DNA of 60,734 nt, the filler included. It is 3 parts of 3 records of this genome, joined end to end, with 100 filler letters (N's around TTAATTAATTAA, not from the genome) between each part and the next. Parts side by side here need not be neighbours in the genome. Positions count along the whole stretch, not along the records: positions 46,495 to 60,734 come from SRR20825019_3142; 2 more parts are not named here. One strand, written 5' to 3'. Positions 59,508 through 60,734 of the stretch are shown here, piece by piece. A program made the translations under genes and the position numbers. Under the pieces are notes generated by a model that saw only the letters and a list, made by a program, of their open reading frames with translations, made no database searches and was not told where the DNA came from. Each line of letters starts with the position of its first letter. Position 1 is the first letter of the stretch.

Positions 59508-60711
59508 GGATCCCTTCAAGCGGACCTGGCGGGGGTTCGAACGAAATGATGGCGCGAAGGGTGTCCGCAACCTCGTGCTGGTGGTGCATACGGTGATGTG
59601 TTCGCGCCACGTCGCTCATGCCATTGCCGAAGGCGAGCCCGACGTGCATGTCGTGGGCTTCGATGGCTGCTACGATAATCAGTATGCGGTGCGCATGTTG
59701 TTGTCGCTGGCGCGCCATCCCAATGTCGGCGCCGTGCTGGCGGTGGGGTTGGGCTGCGAATATACCCAGCCGAAGAAGATCGCCGAGCTTGCAGAACAGA
59801 GCGGACGCCCCGCGGAGGCGTTCTATATCCAGGACGAGGGCGGGACCGCCCGTTCGGTTGCCAGAGGCAAGACGGTTGTCCGGGAACTCCGAAACCGCAT
59901 CGACGCGGAGGTGCCGCAAGTGACGATGTCGCTTGCGGATATGACCATCGGCGCGGAATGCGGCGGTTCGGATGGCACGAGCGGTCTTGCCGGCAATCCG
60001 GTAGTCGGCCGCTTCTTCGATCTGCTGGTTGACAATGGCGGGCGCGCCATTGTCGAGGAAACGGTGGAAATGATCGGATTGAAGAACGTGATCCTGCGGC
60101 GCGCCGCCGACGAGGCTGCACGTGCGGAACTCGATTTCGCCTATGCCAAGGCTGACGCCTATTGCCGTAAGGTCCGGCAATATTCCGTCTCGCCGGGCAA
60201 TTTCGCCGGCGGCCTCACGACCATCGAGGAAAAAAGCATGGGCGCCTTCGCCAAGAGCGGGTCGCGGCCGATTCAGGGCGTGATCAAGGTCGGACAGCGC
60301 CCGCCAGGTCCGGGCATGTGGATCATGGACAGTGTTCCAGACGAGAATTTCATGGATTTCGGCTACACCAATCCCAACGACACCGAGGGGCTGATGGACC
60401 TGATCAGCGGCGGCAGCCAACTCGTTCTCTTCGTGACGGGCAGGGGCAGCGTCGTGGGCTCGCCGGTCTCGCCGCTGGTGAAGGTTACCGGAAACGCCCG
60501 CACCTTCGAACGGCTTGCCGACGATATGGACTTCAATGCCGGCCGCATTCTCTCGGGCGAATTGTCGCTCGACAGCGCGGCTCGCGAACTGGGTCACTAC
60601 ATCTGCGACATAGCCTCGGGAACGATGAGCAAGCCGGAACGGCTCGGCCATTGCGAATACTACATCATGTACAAGCATCAGGACCCGGGCGTCGGCGGCT
60701 GTCGGCTTTAG
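59500..60711 (+). CDS. UxaA/GarD/SuyB-family dehydratase large subunit
   Basis: [73 protein letters not shown]; 8-nt overlap with the SAF gene (ATGAGTGA). Confidence 0.92.
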   Translation: MSEDPFKRTWRGFERNDGAKGVRNLVLVVHTVMCSRHVAHAIAEGEPDVHVVGFDGCYDNQYAVRMLLSLARHPNVGAVLAVGLGCEYTQPKKIAELAEQSGRPAEAFYIQDEGGTARSVARGKTVVRELRNRIDAEVPQVTMSLADMTIGAECGGSDGTSGLAGNPVVGRFFDLLVDNGGRAIVEETVEMIGLKNVILRRAADEAARAELDFAYAKADAYCRKVRQYSVSPGNFAGGLTTIEEKSMGAFAKSGSRPIQGVIKVGQRPPGPGMWIMDSVPDENFMDFGYTNPNDTEGLMDLISGGSQLVLFVTGRGSVVGSPVSPLVKVTGNARTFERLADDMDFNAGRILSGELSLDSAARELGHYICDIASGTMSKPERLGHCEYYIMYKHQDPGVGGCRL

Positions 60712-60734
60712 AGCATTTCCGGTGAAAACGGAAT
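60709..60734. repeat. Start of a second Bru-RS-like palindromic repeat, truncated at the window end
   Basis: TAGAGCATTTCCGGTGAAAACGGAAT begins at the TAG stop; TAGAGCATTTCC is a typical terminus of this repeat family. Confidence 0.55.

Noticed and set aside
59178-60711. Calling the split dehydratase suyAB, uxaA or garD specifically
   Set aside because: The motifs are shared across the family; the substrate cannot be assigned from sequence alone.
1-60734. CRISPR arrays, tRNA/rRNA/snRNA genes, intact transposases or integrases
   Set aside because: No repeat-spacer periodicity, recognisable RNA signatures or recombinase motifs were seen by eye; a covariance-model scan could still find small RNAs.

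Overview
The window is three unrelated contigs joined by two artificial 100-bp spacers (N44-TTAATTAATTAA-N44 at 22760-22859 and 46395-46494). Contigs 1 (1-22759) and 2 (22860-46394) come from a compact, intron-rich microbial eukaryote, probably flagellated, with ~45-70-nt GT-AG introns. They carry 16 spliced genes: NMNAT, LZTFL1, a PLGRKT-like gene, POLA2, an RCC1-BTB protein, an ankyrin protein, AP-4 mu, an LRR multi-TM receptor-like protein, an ARID-SWIRM-amine oxidase (LSD1-like), a secreted CxxCH protein, an LRR protein, Sec3, a LamG/FAMeT-like protein, TrpRS, homoserine dehydrogenase and an IQ protein. Nearly every 5' end faces a very GC-rich CCGG/GGCC island, and convergent 3' ends are only 19-72 nt apart. 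Contig 3 (46495-60734) is bacterial, with Rhizobiales-like features: a partial proV-like ABC ATPase, a J-domain protein plus dGTPase, a small ORF, a TRAP transporter, and a divergent GntR-associated sugar-acid catabolic cluster (two mandelate-racemase-family enzymes, SDR, uxaC, RraA-like aldolase, split UxaA-family dehydratase). Bru-RS-like palindromic repeats overlap several TAG stop codons. Best candidates for something new: the ARID-fused LSD1, the uronate/sugar-acid cluster lacking kdgK/eda, and the secreted ependymin-like CxxCH protein. All family calls are from motif recognition by eye, with no database searches. Eukaryotic CDS coordinates span introns and were spliced manually.
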